37,816 nt of DNA from Proteromonas lacertae (lineage: Eukaryota). Where the stretch lies: contig NGBS01001218.1 in the NCBI GenBank assembly GCA_002245135.1, forward strand, positions 1-37,816. Reading direction: 5' to 3'. The notes under the pieces were generated by a model, which worked only from the letters and a program-made list of their open reading frames with translations, was not told the origin of the DNA and did not search any database. Made by a program: the position numbers and the translations under genes. Below, one piece after another: positions 33,390 to 37,816 of the stretch (positions are counted from its first letter, which is position 1; every line of letters begins with the position of its first letter).

Positions 33390-34849
33390 ATGGCTTTATC
33401 TATTCCAAAAGAACAGAAACATGGTGTAGATGTCCCTGTGATGCTACCCTTCTATAATTATGTGAGATTGTCTCCGATGGGATCAACATCAGAATACAAG
33501 TTGGATACAAATACTTATTCAGAAGAGATTAGATGGGAGATAAGTGGAGATAATATTATCAATTTAGCTAAGTCATATATCCAATTCGATATCGAAGTAA
33601 AATTAAATCCTTATGATGATGGTACCTATGCAACCGATGGTAGTACTAGTAATTTAGTCGGTAAAGGTTTATATCCGAGTATGATAAAAGGAATTAAAGA
33701 AGGGTTTGGCTTGGCCTCTTTTAGAATTTGTAATCAGACTGGAACAGATCTGGTCAAGCTTGATGATTCATATGAACCATATCGTGTATTTATGGACGAA
33801 TTAGTTAGAAAGAGATGCGATATATTCTATCAAGACAATTACTATGATGGAATACAATTAGATTGGGATGATGATAATCATAATTATAAAGTTCAAGATA
33901 TCAATAAGTGGAAAGTAGAACCTAGTACACAATATGTTGAATTAAAAGCTAGTACTAGTGCATCTGCAGCAACAGCATATGCAGTTCAGTATAAAGATTC
34001 AGTTATATTACATTTCAAATTACAATTAGGTAAATTTTATAATACATTTGCTGCATTAAAGAATGATGTATTCTTTGGAGAGAGAATGTATATATGCATT
34101 CGTTTTCAAACCACAAGTAATTATGGTTTATTAAAAGCATATACACCAGATGAATATGCAAGATTGAAAAATGATAAAACAAAAGATAATGTAAACTATA
34201 CAGTGTCACATGCAGATGTTGATATTAATGAAGCAATATTCAAGAATTTCAAATTCTATGCTTATATCAACAAGGATACTCAATGCAACAATAATACCAA
34301 ACAATATTGTTTATCAAAACCTATTCAATTCAATGATTTCAGATGTCATCAAATTGTTGTACCATCAGGTGGATCTGGCATATTCAATTATTCATTCACA
34401 TTGAATAGTTCTAATGGACCATTTGTTCGTTACATAATCTATAGGCCATGGATAGAATCATTAAAAAGATATGCCACATGTACCTGAAAATGCACAATTC
34501 AGATGGATGATCAATGACTTTGTCTATCAGCCAGATTATACACTTATGCAATATTATGATAGCTTCATGACTGTCCGTGAATATTTCCAAGACTCATGGT
34601 ATGATATATTCAGAAAAGATGAAAAATTCAATGACAAGTTCTTTGAGATATTGAATTTTGGCTCTAAGGATTTGGATAACATTAAGAACCAGGCAGGTAG
34701 ACCTTTGGCTACTGATTTGAAAATAACCTTTGAATTTTCAACACCTGGTACAAATGACTTTACTAATAATGATATTACTCATCGTTTCTATATCATCACT
34801 GGACGTATGGTCACCTATTAATGGAAGTGGTATTGTAAGTGTAGTTTAA
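33390..34849 (+). pseudogene. Major capsid protein (double jelly-roll type), frameshifted at ~34480 and ~34818
   Basis: ATG at 33390; IRWEISGDNIINLAKSYIQFDIEV N-terminal strand pattern; beta-rich; reconstructed C-terminus INGSGIVSVV*; lies between penton and ATPase. Confidence 0.75.
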
Positions 34850-34910
34850 AAATAATCATAATATCGATAACGGCTATATTTCTTATAATTATGTTTTTGT
34901 TATTTTTGTT

Positions 34911-35660
34911 ATGAGTAAAGTTAATTTAGAAAAAATAAACAACATAGTCATAAATCCTGTTGAGACAGTAGTCAAAGGATGTGGAAAACGCTCCAAAGAT
35001 AGTGTCCTTGGATATGACTATTTCCAGGAGCCTTTCTGCAACATATTTATTTTAGCTAAGAAAAACAGTGGTAAGACTACACTTATATTTAATATGATCC
35101 AACACTTGCTGAAAAAAGGGATATGACCAAGTAGTGTATTTTTTCGTTGCAACTATATCCAAGGATATCATATATGAGAAAATCACTGATATGCTCAAGT
35201 ATAACCAAATTGAGTACCATTGCTATGATTCAGTAGTGAATGAAGATAGAGTGAATATATTAGATGCAGTATTAGATAATATCAAAGATATAGACAAAGA
35301 TAATTATGATTACCCAGAGAATATATTTATATTCGATGATATATCATTTGATTTAAGAAATAAATCCGTTTCTAAATTACTTAAGTCAAACCGTCATTAC
35401 AAGTCAAAAGTAATTATATCAAGTCAATATGTCACTGACATTACTCCATCAGTTCGTTTACAGCTTGATTACTGTTTGGTATTCAAAAACCTGAGTATGG
35501 CTAATTTAAGAAATTTGTATGCAAGTTTGGATATATGGATCGATTTCGATGTTTTCAAATCATATTATGATTATGCAACCAAACAGAGTAATCACTCATT
35601 TTTATATATCGATTTATATAATCATGAATTTAGAGTGAATTTTGATAGTAGAATTAGAGA
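34911..35660 (+). pseudogene. A32/FtsK-HerA family genome packaging ATPase, frameshifted at ~35115; 3' end uncertain
   Basis: Walker A AKKNSGKTT, Walker B IFIFDD, LLKSNRHYKSKVIISSQY, ITPSVR, HSFLYID. Confidence 0.92.
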
Positions 35661-35823
35661 TAATAGTAATAATAGCTATAATCACAATAATAAATATGAT
35701 CACCTCATTTCCTATAGCAGCGATGATGAGTCCACTGATTCATCAAGTTATCCAGCGATTCGGAATAATAATAATCCCCATATTGTCACTAATATAATTA
35801 TTTTGTTTATTTTGCTATATTTT

Positions 35824-36696
35824 ATGTTTGGCCGTCCTATTAAAAAACAAGCTGTATCAACAGATCTAACACCTGTCACGAGGGCACTGACATCGATTAC
35901 AAGCAATTTGGGAGAAAAAGTTGGAGATGCTAAATCGATTAGAGAAATGTTGGTCGATATCAAGAATAGTGGTACAGGAGGATCATCTGGATCAGGTGGT
36001 GGTATTGATAGTGCAACTAGTGAGAAAATTGATGGAATTGTGAATGTCATTGGAAAGACCAAATTAGAGAGCTGGGATAAGAGCATACATAATATGTTAT
36101 CTGTTTTGTATTCTACAATTTATGATGATGCTAATTCAATTGCTTATAATGTCAATAGTATAATGTCCTATATAGGATATCGAAGTGAATATCAAGATAG
36201 TTCATGGAAAATGGAGAATCGTATAAAATGGAGTTCTATGGGTGAAAATAACATGATATTAAAATCTGTAGATGGTCAATTAGAAATTGTTCAAGCAAGA
36301 CAAGTTTTACCAAACTGTTATTGCTTTGTAAGATATGCAGCTTTTCAAACATATTTGCAAATAGAAATACTAAATCCTGTTAGAATAATAACAAGCGAAC
36401 TAATAATTAATTCAATCTTAACTCCAGATGTAGAAAAATTTTTAAGCAAATATTTAAGTTTTACAAATAATGTACCAAGAATAGATATTTTTTTTGAGTC
36501 ATTAAGTGGACATCATCAAGTATGCTTTTTTGAAATTACTCGTGATATATGTAGTTTTAGTATGAAAAATCCTACTACAGAACATAATGTGGATAACTTT
36601 GAAGGTAATTGTATTCTAATCCCACAAAAAATAATATTTCCATATGGTAATAATGTTATATTAATAAAGATGATGCCATTTGATTTTAATATATGA
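35824..36696 (+). CDS. Putative fibre/receptor-binding protein, in frame with the ATPase ORF
   Basis: ATG at 35824 after a T-rich intergenic-like stretch; helical N-terminus, GTGGSSGSGGG linker, beta-rich AT-richer C-terminal domain. Confidence 0.5.
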   Translation: MFGRPIKKQAVSTDLTPVTRALTSITSNLGEKVGDAKSIREMLVDIKNSGTGGSSGSGGGIDSATSEKIDGIVNVIGKTKLESWDKSIHNMLSVLYSTIYDDANSIAYNVNSIMSYIGYRSEYQDSSWKMENRIKWSSMGENNMILKSVDGQLEIVQARQVLPNCYCFVRYAAFQTYLQIEILNPVRIITSELIINSILTPDVEKFLSKYLSFTNNVPRIDIFFESLSGHHQVCFFEITRDICSFSMKNPTTEHNVDNFEGNCILIPQKIIFPYGNNVILIKMMPFDFNI

Positions 36697-36703
36697 ATTA
36701 TAA

Positions 36704-37000
36704 TTAATTCTTCTTGTTTCTCTTGTATTGTTGGTTTTGATTATCACTCTCAGTTCTTCTTTTCATCGGAGCAGGTGTTGTTGGTACTGGAATAATATCA
36801 TAATCTGCAGGTTGTGTATACATATTCTCCAAATCTATATCATCTACATCCTGATTCTCAGCACACTGATCCTCATCATCCTTCTCCTTCTCAAGTTTTT
36901 GCTCAAATTTCTTGATACTACTATGCACTTCAAATTTTGGGATAATAGTGTATTTTTCTTTATCCTTCTTATCTAATACAGTTATCTGTCTAATTCTCAA
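36704..37000 (-). CDS. Hypothetical charged viral protein
   Basis: 98-aa ORF (TTG start) abutting the next ORF. Confidence 0.45.
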   Translation of the reverse strand: MRIRQITVLDKKDKEKYTIIPKFEVHSSIKKFEQKLEKEKDDEDQCAENQDVDDIDLENMYTQPADYDIIPVPTTPAPMKRRTESDNQNQQYKRNKKN

Positions 37001-37267
37001 TCACACTGGACACTCATAAAATAAATAACTTGGAGGATCTTTAATCTTGCTTAACCATGCCCAAAATCTGACAGTGTTATTATCGTTGTCTTCAGGAAAT
37101 ATCACTTGGAAGCCACATTTCTTATAGTCTTTGACCATATTTGAGTCATCTGTATACTTGATGGCATAATCCACAAACATTTTTTTCAAAGGCTCCTTTA
37201 CATCTTGATAATAATTTTTAATAGGTCTTCTGTTCTTAAATAAGAACCTTCCTGGAGTAAAACTCAT
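37001..37267 (-). CDS. Hypothetical viral protein
   Basis: 88-aa ATG-started ORF. Confidence 0.55.
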   Translation of the reverse strand: MSFTPGRFLFKNRRPIKNYYQDVKEPLKKMFVDYAIKYTDDSNMVKDYKKCGFQVIFPEDNDNNTVRFWAWLSKIKDPPSYLFYECPV

Positions 37268-37816
37268 GACATAGTACTTTGCATCTTCAATCTTTTTCTG
37301 TATTTGGTTCAGGCTTCATTACACCAATCCTTTTACAGTTAAATAAGTAACATCTCTATCATCTAATGTGATAAAATTAGATCCATTATTGATATTTGAA
37401 CTCATACCGCCAAAATGAATATTATATATCCGTTTCACAAAAAGATTTATGTGGTTTGAATATGTTTGATACATTTGGAGCGGTTATACAAATTACCGCG
37501 CATACCATGAACATGTGTAAATTGTATAGTTTGATTACACAAGCTTATTTGATAGATTCCATTTTCATCATTTCATTACACTCAAGTATGTCAGACAACC
37601 AAAAAGATACTTCAGAAAATATAAGGACTTAGATTATTGTGATTACATGCCATTCGAAGATGCTCGAAATAGATTCTGGGAGCGTATGGAGCAATTAGAC
37701 CCTAATGGGAGTGATGCTTTATCTAAAGAGTATAATCGATTTTTTAAAGAATTGGAAACAAGAAAGAGAAGAATAATGAGAAGTAATTTATAATAATTAT
37801 AATAATAGTAACCATT

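Larger units (their letters stand above)
28202..37816. mobile_element. Endogenous Polinton-like virus, continuing beyond the window; left boundary uncertain
   Basis: Compact intronless ORFs with a penton-MCP-ATPase module and a PolB remnant; no integrase or protease seen in the window. Confidence 0.85.

Noticed and set aside
35108..35126. Programmed -1 frameshift at the AAAAAAG run in the ATPase
   Set aside because: Restoring the frame needs +1, not -1; a homopolymer indel is simpler
35790..35812. Poly(A)-completed stop codon for the ATPase, Blastocystis style
   Set aside because: In the ATPase frame the codons just upstream of TGTTTATT are AAT ATA ATT ATT, so adding As there does not create TAA

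Overview
AT-rich eukaryotic DNA. It has 36-41 nt GT-AG introns and TGTTTGTT motifs after stop codons, which suggests (inference) a Blastocystis/Opalinata-like gut protist. The window is a mosaic of endogenous Polinton-like virus and transposon DNA. Left to right: (1) a frameshifted protein-primed PolB with an EndoVII/HNH insert (1-2877); (2) an intact hAT transposon with TIRs and a perfect 8-bp TSD (4042-6293); (3) a dense, intronless cluster of about 10 glycan-modifying genes (three GT31, fucosyltransferase-like, GT-A/GT-B types, methyltransferase, SGNH fragment; 6.8-16.1 kb); (4) foldback/MITE copies; (5) decayed GC-richer virus-like genes, then a modular repeat array with sequence-variable hairpins and a ~200-bp imperfect palindrome (17.9-22.2 kb), whose inverted copy sits at ~6.5 kb, so the two bracket the glycan cluster; (6) decayed host genes including dnaJ; (7) a second, broken hAT without a TSD; (8) a second, AT-rich Polinton-like virus with a hidden PolB C-terminal remnant, penton, double-jelly-roll-type major capsid, A32 packaging ATPase and fibre-like gene, running off the right edge. 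The best novelty candidate is a hairpin-ended virus-like element carrying or flanking a surface-glycan biosynthesis cassette. All family calls come from motif recognition by eye, not database searches.
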